Origin: Balanoglossus misakiensis
Lineage: Eukaryota > Animalia > Hemichordata
NCBI GenBank assembly: GCA_040954595.2
Contig: CM082597.2
Span: 2,310,835 to 2,374,834 of the forward strand
Reading direction: 5' to 3'
DNA: 64,000 nt
Part shown: positions 1-13,422 of the stretch, one piece after another
Numbering within the stretch: the stretch's first letter is position 1
Layout of the letters: each line of letters starts with the position of its first letter
Position numbers and translations under genes: made by a program
Notes under the pieces: model-generated
The model's input: the letters and a program-made list of their open reading frames with translations, nothing else
The model's database searches: none
Told to the model about the DNA's origin: nothing

Positions 1-769
1 TGTTATCTGTGTTATTATTGTTGAAGAATGGATCTGTATTCATTTTGACAACTTGTTATGTGGACATTGTGAGTTCATTATCATCTTTGAATAGAGTGTC
101 AAACGTGAGTGGTTTCATGAATAAGCACCTCATTAGCTAGGCTAGGCCCCCCTGCAAAATCATTAGAATTGTGAAGAAAAAAAAACTACGGAGACATGAT
201 ATTGTAGGGTCACAACTCCCCGAAAAAAAAATTAAAAGAAAATTAAATTGTCTACCGCTGTGCAGATATTACTAAAGCACAGAGAAATAAAATGCAAAGT
301 GACTGCAACTGAGACGTGAGTGTTTCTGTCGTAAATGTCAAATCACGGTTGTGGAGGATATCTTTGCAATAAAATTTTGTGAACGCATAAAAATATTAGG
401 CAGATGATGCCAAAGAAAAGCGATGTGACTCGGGTGATTTTTTATTGATGATAAATCCTGTTTATGGCATGAATTTGAAATGGAAAAAAGGGTCAAATTT
501 TTGATGGTGTTGGGGTAATCAGTTAATGTGATTGGTGATACAGTTTCGTTTATTTTGTATGGTTGAAATTGTCGTGGTGAAGTCGTGGACGTAAATTGCT
601 TTTGAATTGTTTGGTTGGTGAGATTTTCAGTGATGGGGTTGGTAGCTGAATTGTGTTTGGCAAACTGGGACTGAGATGAGGACTGGTGTCTATGGGAGTG
701 GCCGTCGTTGCCGTAGATTGATGGGATGCGATAATGATATGCGCAGACTAAGCCACTCAAAAGCGGAGA

Positions 770-960
770 GGAAGGTCCCCGCCCACTTCTATTCAGGGCC
801 CCATTACGTATGTCGGGCCGAGTGAGGCAGGCACAGGTCAGCTGATAGCAGCCCTAGCCGTGCAACAGCTCTGCTGATTGGCCGAGTCCATCAGGGGCTT
901 CTCGTGCTGGCCAATCAGGAGAGGCGTAACGCGGCGCCGGGGTACGTGATTAGAGCACTA
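770..960 (+). promoter_or_regulatory. Candidate CpG-rich promoter (GC box plus two oppositely oriented CCAAT/NF-Y boxes) for a DYRK1A first exon
   Basis: CCCCGCCC near 778, CTGATTGGCC at 874-883 and GGCCAATCAG at 909-918 (reverse complements of each other). The region is locally CpG-rich and lies upstream of a candidate exon ending at the GTATGT donor at 1382. Confidence 0.5.
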
Positions 961-1257
961 TGTATGCAATGCAGTCTAAGGCGTACTGGTGAACACAGTA
1001 GGATTGTATTTTTTTTCTCCCCTGTCACTGCCTCTGTCCTGTCTGTGTGTATGTGTTCCGCGATGAAGAATGGAATTGTCACTGCCTCACTACCCACCAG
1101 TGGGTTCCGGATCTTAATACTGGGAACAGCCAACTAGACACCGCCCGGAATCGTCCCCAGGATTTACTTTTAAAAAAAAAGATACATTGGTGGACCCAGG
1201 AACACATACACAAGTCGCTACAATTCTGGTCGGAAAGGGGGGTTGTTTCGTTCACCG

Positions 1258-1381
1258 ATGGTCTTCCGGCAGAAGATCGCCACTCAGGATATGTCTTCCA
1301 GTTGCCGGGTTCTCTGGGTTAAACGTGATATGGTTCCCTATATTCCGGAGGAGAAAGCCGGCAAGCAAAGGACCATGAAAC
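1258..1381 (+). CDS. DYRK1A: Candidate first coding exon of DYRK1A (MVFRQ...KQRTMKR; a shorter start accATG at 1375 is also possible)
   Basis: In-frame ATGs include 1258 and 1375. The exon ends ATG AAA C|GTATGT (phase 1), which fits the phase-1 acceptor at 29489. Vertebrate DYRK1A also has a very short first coding exon ending in phase 1. There is no protein homology to confirm it. Confidence 0.45.
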
Positions 1382-4300
1382 GTATGTATTTAATTGAGTC
1401 CTTGTCTTTCTGGCCTTCCCTATTGAACATGTGTGAATACACCCGTCCACTGTTAGTGGCCAACCGGCTGTCTGGTCTGGTTAAACGCAGACAGAGACTA
1501 GACTGGCTGGGCGGTGAGAGATGACAGCCCCAAAACAAACCATTTCCCCTCTTGTCTCCCTGCTACCCCAGTCCAGTCTGAATATAAAATCACTGAGGAT
1601 TTTACCCAGGCTGGTATCAGCCCTGTGACGGCTTGTTTTGGTGGCGAAATGTTGAAAACAAGCTAGCTGTCCCGGTACACAGACAACAGCTAGGTTGTCG
1701 GCTAGCCGGCATGTCAACATGTAAATTCTAAAAAGCCATATAATATCTCCCTGTCATATCACACCCCAGTCGACATTCCCTCACGGATACATCTGTATCT
1801 GCATTCTGTTTGATAATATTTTTTTTTCTCTTTCACGTTGCGTCACAGTTGTGATGTCACATCAAAACATAGGGCTGTGGTTCTTTGACAAGGGGGGCAA
1901 ACACTGCAGAACGGCAGCGGCCACAGTGCCAGTGTTCAGGGACTTGTCTTAATAGTCTCGCTGTGCCATTCATTACCGCTGACCCCCCAGTGTCAGTCTG
2001 CCCTTATCAATTATGCGGGCGCGACGCAGACAAGAGATTACCCGGTCTGTCCAAGGGGCACGCTGTCTGTCTGTCTGTCGGTACAATCTCGAATAACCTC
2101 CTCGGGTCACTGGAGAAGTTCTCGGTTCTCCGGCTGAGCAGAGTGTTCGACAATGGAAGGTTACACAACTGGACAATTATGTCCACCCGGTCCAAAATTA
2201 AAGAACAAACCGGAGAAAATGTGTAAAAGGAATTTTGGCGTTGAAAGCGTTAACTGAAGTGACCCATCTTTGAATGTCACGGACTATATCTGTATGTGTA
2301 GTAGTTTGCCTATGAGACTCTGTGACAGCAGTTTCAATATGGACCTATAACCTGTAGGCGATGAAATCCTCTACAATCACTGGCGTACAGACGCCCACCT
2401 CTTCATCCATATTCTAGTATTTTTCTTGCTATTTTCAACATTCCCCATAACAGTATTGTAATTTTCTGTCTTACATATTCAGGAGTCGTTATGTGTACTC
2501 GGAAAACGAACTGGATGTGTGTTGAGATGTCTCTGTTTACATTGTGTCTCCATCATATTCTGTATCACTCAGTCTGTGTGTATACAACTTTGCCAATAAT
2601 TAAGTCTTTGTTTGCAGTTATCTGTACAGGAAAGGTGAAAAACCTGGCAACATAAAACAGTTCAGGGAGACCTAGTTTTATCAAAATAGAAATTGCGTCA
2701 CTGCTCGGGGGAAGGTTCTCCTTGGTGTAACCACACTGAACGTGATCGTTTGTCACCAGTGATGTTACCATCTCTGTTCAATTAAAAGCACAGACATATA
2801 TTGGTCTGTTTGGAAATCGCCGGGTCTAACAAGATAAACTTAAATATCTGTACACAGTGAACTCGCGTGCGTGCGTGTCCACGTGATCATAACTAGAATA
2901 AAGAGATAAAATTAAAAATATAACGATTATCATACGTGGTTAAAACATGTACATCATTGTTTGTATGTAAGGCTTTAGTTTTATAACTCAAGCCTTTTAA
3001 GTGATGCAGTCGTGAAAACTTACAGTGCTGTTGGTTGCGTAAGTTTATGTTTTGAAACGTGACGAGCGTGGTCAACATCCCACACGTCTAGATGGGGATG
3101 TGTTAATTCTAAAACTTTCTGGTTAAATTTTGTGTCTGTAGAAAATGTCGCAGTGCTGGTGCAGCTGATTTTGAGAATGTGTTTCCTAGATTAAGGCACT
3201 TTAACTGTCGTGGGTGCAGAAGTTATTTTTACGCAGCAAGATGAAAATAAGAGCTCTGAAGACATCGCGGAAATATTTGGACGACTTTATCTTGTGCGGT
3301 GTACTTTGTCCATGACCTATGTGCGCTTAGACTCATATACAATACAATACATACACAGATGACAGACATACACACACACACACCCTTGGCTTATATCTGT
3401 CAGATATTTTTATTCTCGTAATACCAGGATGTATCTGATCGTTGTACAAGGCGCAGTTACAATAGGACATCAGAGATCACATTATACCGCTAGCCAATTT
3501 TACAGTTAACATTTCCTTGTTGAACAGATTTGTGCATCTCAACAAATATTTTATAATCACCAAAAATATTTTCTCTTTGTGTACATTATGAGTATATGAA
3601 CCAACCCTTTCACCCCCATTTCACTGTATGTGGTTTCAGCCTCACCATTGAAGACAGTTGGACTTACCCAAATAATGGAGGTGGTAGAGGGGTAGTCTCT
3701 GATAGATGCGTTTGGGGAAGAAAATCAACATGGCCGAAAAAAGTGAGCAAAAAAAACTTAAATCGTGTAGTTGTTGAAGTGAAGGATGCATCTCTGTAAA
3801 ACTCCTCCGGAGAGAGTCATGTTTGGTTTCTGTGTTATTCTGTCGTGTCTATCCTAATCAGGGCGTTGAATCCGTTTCAATGTTGATTACGTATGCGAGT
3901 CGTGTAGTGCCACGTTTTATTGCCAATTGAAAATGTCAGATCTGCTCTCGCAGACGTCTGTGATTTTCAATGCACCCGAAGCCCCTCATATCGCCCTGTC
4001 AAAAAGAAAAAAAAAATGAAAGACCAGACTTTATGTTACAGGACTATGTACCCCCTATTTTTGTTACCACTTCCTGCTTGGACGATTGAGATATGTTACC
4101 TCCATATCGGCCCTTAGGCTCGTATATTGTTCGTATATTGTCTCTACAGTTAGATCAACTTCACCTATTCATGTACGCCTTCAGAAAAATTCCGCATATG
4201 TCCACAGAAATACAGGTAATACGCTTTTAACAAACCTTGCAGCTTCTATCAAGTCCTGCAGTGTTCATTTCAATACCAGTGGAGAAAATACAGAATGTTG

Positions 4301-7300
4301 AAGATATTTTATGTATTAATACTTTCAGTTTTACAGAGAGAATAAAATCATCCTGTTCCAGTATTTTTCGATATTTCAAAGAAGATGAATGTCTGCTAAG
4401 TTGAAATGAAACAAGAAGGACAATTATGGCCATCTTTGCTGTCTCAGAAATTTATCCTGCCTATTTTGAATAAAAATCCGTCACATTTATTGTCAGATTT
4501 ATTTCAGAAGAAGAAAATATAGGGAAAAAATTGAGCAGATTGCGCGGTGTCTACCTGATGTTCGTTACATGTAAATTACAAAAACTCTTTTTAGAGGCGA
4601 TGGACAATGATGGCATGAGAAGAGATGACCACAGCTGTATTTAATACTTCCACAGATCTCACTTGAATATTTAATATTTGTTCAAATTCCCGTATCTGGT
4701 TGAAATGACTGCGTTATTAACACCAAGCTCATAAAAACACAACTTGTATGAATAAATTTATCAGCAGAACCTCGTCAGCAGTATCGGCTGTACGAAGATT
4801 ATCTGCTTTGATAAAGCGTGTCGGAGTTGGATATCGTAAAATGTCTGTGATAAAAAGTCTGATTTCTACAGGAAATTTAGTCTTTAAATCTTATGCATGG
4901 ATTTATTTTCATGGCGCAGTAAAAAGTGATTTTTTGTTCAAAATTTTACTTTTAAATCTATGATAGAGATTATTTAAATATCTGTAGCGATTTTTGGACA
5001 GTTGCTGATGATAAAAATTCCACTCATTCATATTAAACTAGAAATCTCGAGAATAGAATATGGAAAATAATTTCAAATTGCATTGGCCCGTAGCTGACCC
5101 TATGTTCAGATGTGACCTTCACTGCTTTGCAATGTCACGTAAAGGTCGCGATGACACTGCCAATGTGAATCAGGTTTGCTTGCAAAAATCAACTTTTGTA
5201 TAAAGTAATTTTCATTGTAGTTTTCCCAATAGCGCTTCCCCAAAGTTGAAACTAGAACTGTTAAACAAGTGTACTCAGGAGATGATGGGGTTATGATAAC
5301 AGTGATTATCAAAATTAAGAACCCCCTGTTGTTATAATCTTCACCGAGAGACCCAGGGCATCCTGCACAGTTGTGATGTGAGCCATTTTGTTCAGGTCAA
5401 CAGCTCGACTGTAACAGATGCATCCAGTTATAGCCATCAATAAAACTCCGGCCGGAAACGTTACTTATTTTAGAAAGGCTACCATGGAGATTTTCTTTTT
5501 AAAAAATCCGCACAACGTGGCGAATTGATACTAATGATGAATGTCTGAAAAACACAAGGTGGGGGCGATGTATTTATAGATCCGTTGTTTTTTCTGTTAC
5601 CGGCTTTTGATCATGTGACCAATTAGCAGTGAAAGTGAGGCTTCTATGGCAGGCGTTTTTGCTGAGATATAGCATGGTTCATCTCGCGGTCTTCTAAAGC
5701 GAAAAATGCTTCCTGTGTTTTTACAATGTACTGTACATAACATACAACAACCTTCATCTTCCTTTAACTGAAAAGTCAGGGAACAGTTTAAATATTTCAC
5801 ATGAAGGAAGGTTCTACAGAGAAGCAGGTACCAGCCTATGAAAGAATGTGACCTTTGACCCCCACGAGTGCGCGATTTTAAGGTCAAGGGGTCGCGGGGG
5901 TTTCAAAGTGAACCGTGGATCCCAGATTTGTCCTGGTATAGAAACGAAAGAAGGAACTAAAATGGAATCATCCAGTCAGAAGGTGCATTGAAATTGAAAA
6001 CTGCAAGAAGAGAAGAAAAAAACATCAAATAGCTTGAATTTGGAAATAAAGCGCATTTTGCTAAAATGTACGACAGCTACAGAAGATGCGTAATTGAGAT
6101 ACTGTAAGTGTTGTAATAAAAATGAGAGAAAATTGGAATTTGATGTGCGTTTTTCATGGAGCTCGTATTAGACAGCGGGCTTGTACGTCCGTGTGTGTGT
6201 GTGTGTTGTAGCGGCTGGTGAAGCAAATCTCCCAATGCGGTTAGCTGTACATCAGGTGGTGTTCTATTTATAGAAACACAGACTTGTCATGCGTGTCAGT
6301 CCGCTGTGTTCTAGACAGTCATGGGGCCTACAAGGGGGATTGTGAAAAAGCTAATATACAATACTCCTGTTTTAATACAACCGCCTGTCCTCATAAAGTG
6401 TATCACCACAATTTTTTTCCAGTTTATTTTATATGACCGTGATACATAAATTAAAAAAAAATGCTCTTTGCTTGTGTTTCAAAGAGCTGTCAGAAAGCTA
6501 CAGTGTTTAGTCTAGTAGGGCTTAACAAATGGCCGCCTTTTGATGTTGTTAGCTATTTTTGTACCAGACTGCAGGCGTTTGTCATCTAACCTCTTACCTT
6601 TCAATACAGTATCATAAAAAATGGTAATTTTTTTGTTTGTTTTTTTATTAAAAATGTAAACATGTCATCATGAAGCACAGCTGTAACCCATTGTTCATTA
6701 AAAAAACGTCATTATGTTTATTATGTAACATTAAAACATTAACAAAGACATGAAAGGAATCAGTTCCTAACAATTCATGGTATTTATCATATGTGTTCAT
6801 TGCCTCTTTTCACAGCTGGGAGGGAGACACATCACACATTAAATTCTTTTCGGGTGTCTTGATATGTGTAGTGTTTGCGCTGCTTTCATTTTGGAAACCA
6901 TTTGTATATTAAAATATAAATGTTTTCAAAAATGAAAATGAGAGACAGTGTGAGGTAGAGAGACAGGGAGAGAGAGACAGACAGATGGGTAGATAGACAG
7001 TCAGTTATAATATTGACATTTTAGATTTTATTTGAATTTAACATTGAAGTTTTAATCATCACGTGAACCCTGACATTTGCAGAAACTGACACATAATTCA
7101 TGTCATTGTGATTTTAATTTGCGATTGCGATATCGATAATTATCCCCGATATTGGAACTGCCACGAATAAAAATCATCAAATATGCCAGTGGCCAATAAA
7201 ACGCCAACGATCAAACCGACACCATCTGGCTGTCTCGCGGGGCTAATTCCGAAGTCACGAAACATCAATTTTCGTATCTTTTAGCCCCGTTATGCGAGTG

Positions 7301-10300
7301 GTTCCACCCACTGTTGATTTCAGTTGCCATGGATGTGATCCATTTCCAAGAAAAAACGGGGGTGTGTGTGACATATTTGTCCCCCGATGGCCGACTTGAA
7401 AAGCAATTCAGTGGGTTGGATTCTCATTCTGTGGGTGTGTGTCGGCACTCTGCCTTGTGGCTAGAAACCATTATGATCAGCTGATGTCAAATTTCAGGAA
7501 AAGTGGCTGTCTCGTGTCAGTCAAATGATAATTGACAGCTGTCAGTTTCCTTTGTATCAAATCTGTCACAATTAAACATTCCATGAAAAAATACTCATTG
7601 AACGTTTTGTACTGTAATCATCAAAATTTCTTCTAAAAGTTGAGAACATATCTTGCAAGATTCAAGGTTATAAAGGGAAGGAAAGTGTTTTAATAAAAGA
7701 AAATAGAAAGTGTTATGTAAGGCTGGTTGAAGGTGTGAAATGTTTTATTGTGGTAATAATGGTTATGAAGTCTTGTATTCAGTAGATCATTGTTGTGTGT
7801 ATAAAGTGGAGATCACGAGACTATAGCTTTGTGGCTATTTATAGTGTTTTATCGGCAATTGGTATATTCATATGGAAATCAATGGTTGGACACACTGATA
7901 TGGAAATTGATATGGTTTGTCTGTCAATACCGGTATGGTGACCGACGTCATTTGTATCATAATGTGTTAAGGTAGTTCGGAGACCGAACGTGGTTAAAAA
8001 TTGCAACGTGGGAGGGGGGGGGGGTATTCGTCCTCGCGTTCGTTAGATGTGCACTTTTCCGGAGTTGCTGGCGTGTGGAAGAGTTTGAAGAGGGAACAAA
8101 AAAATGCTTTTAGTGTTACAGGCAGGTGTTCTTGCAGATGTGCCGTGATAACAAGAGAAGATAAAAATGATGGCTGTTATGGCAGAAGGAGATGACATAT
8201 AACGATAGAAATAAATTGAATGACGCAACTTTATGGAGCTTATCGGTAATTCATGAGATCACGAGTGACCGTTTTGCGGCAGAGATATTCGTCAAAACAT
8301 GCACCTGTTATAATAAAATGGTTCTGTAGAACCACAAAAATAGAAGCTTGGCTGTTCAGTTTTGATTCATTGGGTCAACCATTGGCCTGACCCCTTCACT
8401 AAAGAATTCTCTTTGGTGCAGTTCCATTGTCTGTTGTGATATGGTTGGTTTCATTTTAAGGGGAAATTGGGGTGGAAGGTTTTAGTTAATGGTGCTTCCT
8501 TTTATGTGAATTGTCGCTGAGATGAACAAAAAAACCCTCAAACACGAGTTACCGGTACCATAGGTGGACTAAAGACCGTCACTGATTACTCTGTTTCAAC
8601 CAGAGGGAGGAGTTTACTATTGACACCATTGTTTGTCTGTTGTCTGTAGTCTGTGTATTGGTGAAGATTTAGTGTCAGGGTGATCTTTTTGATCTGTCTG
8701 GCCATTGTAGAATTGAAAGGCACCAAACAACCTGCTGAGAACAGCACCTGTCTTGTCTGGGTCAGTTTCGGAGTTCATCGACCAAATCTCATGGCTTGTC
8801 ATGAAGACGAGGATGCAACAGTAGATTGCTACAGTAAATTTCCTCCTCCTGGTCTGGCTTGGCCTGGCCAAGAACTTGATTGACTGCTTGTGGAGTGACT
8901 CCCTTGTGGTAAAACAGTTGACTTCTGCGACCCCTCCGTGTCGCGTTACCATGGCGCACTCCCGTTCCTGCTACTGTTCATTGTGTTTCTGCACGATAGA
9001 AAAAATTATCTGAGATTATCAATCATTACAAGCTATAAATTATAACCAGCGCAAACACATTCTAGGCATGTTCTCTGTATTGTATTACAGCCGTAGGGGT
9101 GACCCTGTTCGTAAATTTTCTGACACTGGCAATGAGCGTTAATTGATTGAATCGGCTTCTGTTTTTCGCGTAGATCGCAATAACAGGTGCGGGGAGACAG
9201 CTATGTGGTTTGGTGTTGAGCTTCGCTGTTCATGGAAAGTGGATGCTACTGAGCAAATGATTGGTCCACAAATGGTTGTATCTGGTTTTATGCACCATCT
9301 GACCAATCAGGGTTGGTGATTCAAAAGCAGTACGAGCCCTGAGGGAAACGTTATTGTCGATTGATATTTCGAGGAAAGGAAACATTACTAGAATACATTG
9401 TTACAAGTGCTTGACTTCAGTGTAAGTTGCATGCATGGCAGGGGAGCCTGGCAACTGCTGTATGCCGTTGTCTCGCATTAGTTTGCGTTTCCGTAAGCCT
9501 CGACACGCGTCTGCGTCCGGTATTTGCTTTGTCGTTTCCTGGCAGGAGGGCCCGCGAGCCACCATCGACACGTTTCACGATTTGTTGTGTTTGCGATTGC
9601 AAATTGAAACGTGAAATGTATCGTTTGAAGATGGCTTCCGCACCTCCACAGGAAGTGGTCCATTCAAGCACAGCTGTAAATCCCAGGTTGCCAACCGGCA
9701 TGCCTTGAAATCACTCATCCATGCTTGTATTGTTGTCTGTCCTCAGTTTCAACATGAATTACGTTTTCCCTTTCTGTGTTCCCAGAACAAAAATGGTATA
9801 TTATTGTGGGAACATTACAGGAAAATTCCCAAGGAAAGTTGTAGAATTTCAAGTGACGTTGAGCGTCTGAACCGTGGAAGTAATTGTTTTATTTCGTGAC
9901 AAACCGACATTTTTCATTCAGCTTGATGATCTTCATATTGCGTTTCATTGGCACTGGCATGCTGTGATGTCACTTGCGTGCCAGAGGAGACGACTTTGTT
10001 TCTGTTTTTTGTGTCTGTTGCCAGGGCAACGGGACAGCGCTTGTGGCCAGCGGTGCACGAGGGGGGGGGGGAGACTTAATTGCATTGCCAGTCAGTCCAC
10101 AAAGTGATGGGCTGACTGTCCCCTCAGGGTTAGCGTGAGCAAAGACTCGACAACAACTCAGACGAGATGTTCACTGGCAGGGATGATACAAAAGGCCCCT
10201 GTCTGGTCTGAAAACAAGAAAAGTCGCACCTAATCGACGTAAAAGGTGCGATGTCCGCCGGTATACATATATAGATTCTATTGTGAAACACAGGGTTGCA

Positions 10301-13300
10301 GTGACATACATATATTTAACTGTAGTGAGATGTTTTATCTCGGGTGTCGGTGTTTGCTTTCTTTCTGTCAGCTGTGTCTGCCATCTTTTTGTGCATGTAG
10401 ATTTTTTCAGAATTTCCAGATGAATAAACTGATCTGTTTTTGTGTGGTCTTTTACTTTGTTGGTAAAATATTCTAAAAAACTGGGCTATTCCATTTGCAT
10501 TGAAATATAGGGATGGCTTGTTCGAGAGTTGGTCAGACTCATGGTTGCGTGCATACAATCCTGGTTGAAACAAGTTGTAAATTTGCACCGAAATTGTCCT
10601 GTCTTCATCTCATGCTTTGAGCAACCAATCAAGGCCTTTGTACCGTGCTCTGTAGCTCTCTATCTTGTAACAAACGAGATGATTGGTCCTCAATCAGGAC
10701 AGACAGGCGAAGGTTGTTCGGCACCATCTGATGGATTAGGCGAGCGATTCAAGCGTGGCCTTCTCCTGGCTTTCCCTGGTAATCAGTCTCAGACATCATC
10801 AACTCGGAATGGAAATGATCCCAGCGGCCTTGGGAATAGGCCATTACAACTGAACCATACTCAGTGGCAACACGTGACTGACCTTGGAAGAAAGTCTGTT
10901 TACAACCAGTATTTACTAAGTAGCAATTCTTCCAAGCTGCTGGAAGATATTATCAGTACACAGGAACCAATGCTGCAGATGAAAAAGAAAGTTCAAAAAG
11001 TCTTAATTCTCACATTTCAGTAGCCAGAACTCATTTACATACCGGACAAGGCCCAAGATTGGCCAGGCTGTGCGTACAGACGGAACCCCCAGACAGAAGG
11101 CAAAAATCAGTATTCCAAGGCCGTGACCTTAACTGTTTCAACTTCTTAATTGAGTTGCGTTGAACTGATGCTGCAGATAAGTAGCATTAAGTGCCATCTG
11201 GTGGAATTCTCTTTGGAGATTTTGCGGTTATAAAATCATCAGAAAATTTCTCTGATTTATTATTGTGTGTGTATCCAAAATAATTTACTAAAATATTCAA
11301 ATGATGAACTTAGAAATGATTGAAATTTTCCTGTGTTAAAAATTTCCATCAAAGTTTCTTTATGGAATGTACTTTATTCGGGCTTGGAATACATGTATAG
11401 AATATTCTAAATATTTCTTGATGATTTGTCTGAGATTGAAGTTGATACCATTCTCGAAATAAGGGGTCTTCTCCCCCTCCTCTGGTTTATCTGTGGTCAG
11501 GTAGACTGAACCACATCGAATTAGAGGGGTGAGTGGACGCGGTCTTTGAATCGTCAATTTCCTCACCTAATTAGGACATGGCCGCTGCCGGTGGTGTGGG
11601 ACAATGCTCTTCTTTCTCAAATTCCGGGAATTCCAGACTGCTGCATAAGCAGGCCGGCCAGATTCCAGTGCCGCCGTCATTGGAATTCCATCATATCTGC
11701 TCATTCCTTGGATTTGTCATTCTCAAATTTCATATCAATTCCGAAAACGTCCCCCACTGGAGTGGAAAGCTGGTCGGAGTGTGACCTGCAAGTGCAACCC
11801 TCAGTAAAGGCAAAAGAAAACATTGTTATCACTATCAGACAGATTGTCTGCCATTTGCAAAGAATTCCATAAAGACTTTTGCCGTTTATCTATGTCAGCC
11901 CTAGCTTTGTAGTGGATTGAGGGAATCGCTACATTCATACACGAACATGTTTGCATATTAATGAGCAAATATGGCCGCCTGAATGTCGTCCGCAAAAACA
12001 ACCTGGCGACATGTTAGCAAGAATTGGGAGAAAATATGAATAGATTTTTTTCTAAAAGAACCAAGTTACAAGTAGCTTTGGGAAATCACTCAACACCGCT
12101 ATGGAAAATTCACAATAAAAGCGAGATGTAGTCGATGAAATAAAAATCTCTTGAGAAAAAAAGTACAGCTAGCATCCCTTGTAATAATCCAATCATCTGT
12201 CTGTCACGAAAGTGTGATATTTATTGTGACGAGATTGGAGTTGGCGGAAGTATTCAGTATTTACAGACATGGTATTGAAGACTTGTAGATCTCTGTCTCC
12301 ATTGATTGCCGTGAAATCTAATCAGACGCGGTGAATGAGTGACTGGCTGGGTACAGGGTACCCTGGGGCCATTTATGGATTAGTGTATTCAAGAAGTGGC
12401 TGGTGTCGGCCATTGACAAGTGTTTGCTTGTCAGTCTCAGCAGTAGAGGTCACTAACCCATTAGTGAGATAATTGCCATGGTCACGGTTTTGAAGGATGG
12501 TTGACTTTGTGTTCTGATCTGTGGGTTGGCTGATCTGGTGGGGGGTATTATCCTCAAGGGATCTCTGAAATGAATGCCTGTGACAGTCTGTGAGGGGCGT
12601 TAGAAGATGAAGAAGAAACTGTTTGCTGTGACGAACTATTGCTTGGGAGAGTCTAGGAGGATGAGATGAGTTCAATCTCTGCCAACGAACTGATGCAGGA
12701 TGTTGCATAGGGTGATGGAATAGATTCTTTTCGTCTCATAATATTAAAAAAATAATGAGGTTCAAAATAGACACTCAGATATAATGATTCATAGCTGGGT
12801 GTTGGGGCTCTGGAGGGTGTAAACTATATGTGGAATATATACAGCCGTGTGGGGGTTATGTGTGGGAGGTAGAGAAGGGATTTGCTGATGCCAGCTATTT
12901 TCTATACCATGCTGATTTAGCTGTTCCATTTTTGGGGACAGATCAGTGTGTGGTCATGTATGGCCTACCAGTAGAGAGTGATGGCCATATCAGAATGATG
13001 CTATGATCGATATCAGTGTCATCGATGTTTCATGAGTCATTGCACTGACTGGCATCTTTCTTTAGATCGATGACTGGATGGAGCAGGTCAGCGTTATGGC
13101 AACACATTAGTCACTTTGCTAGGTTGTCACCGAGGGCGATGACCGATAGGAAGAAATCAGGTTCTTTTGACCCAACCTTTTACATCCGTGCCTTGAACAT
13201 CTGTTGCCACGGAGACAAGAGCGAAGGCCATTGATTGGCCGGGGTGGCTCAAAGCTAAACGGCAGCTTGGAGGATGAGATTAAATACAATGGGTGTACAG

Positions 13301-13328
13301 CAGACTGAGTTCATTTGCCTGTTTAACT

Positions 13329-13422
13329 TTAACCCTTTCACCCCCAATTTTCTCTATAGAGGTCCATCTTTACCATAAGAAACAACTGGATTTGGATCAA
13401 ACCATGGTGGTGGAAGGGTTGA
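13329..13422. mobile_element. ~90-bp TTAA-flanked MITE with CCCTTTCACC termini (piggyBac-like ends)
   Basis: TTAACCCTTTCACC...GGTGGAAGGGTTGA. A related copy in the opposite orientation lies at 36369-36461, with partial copies elsewhere in the window. Confidence 0.65.

Noticed and set aside
266-321. Possible small non-coding exon (TGCAG acceptor at 265, GTGAGT donor at 316)
   Set aside because: Only splice-like signals with no other support; it cannot be assigned without transcripts.
338-760. 140-aa minus-strand ORF diverging from the putative promoter
   Set aside because: Non-ATG start, low-complexity composition caused by G/T strand skew, and no recognisable domain or splice structure.
6066-6110. 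ATG-containing segment ending in a GTAAGT donor
   Set aside because: The donor is phase 2 relative to the ATG, so it is incompatible with the DYRK1A acceptor as a coding exon. At most it is a non-coding leader.
10529-11023. 164-aa ORF upstream of DYRK1A exon 2
   Set aside because: No recognisable homology or motifs, and a length compatible with chance. The same applies to the many 60-140 aa ORFs in 1.5-29 kb.
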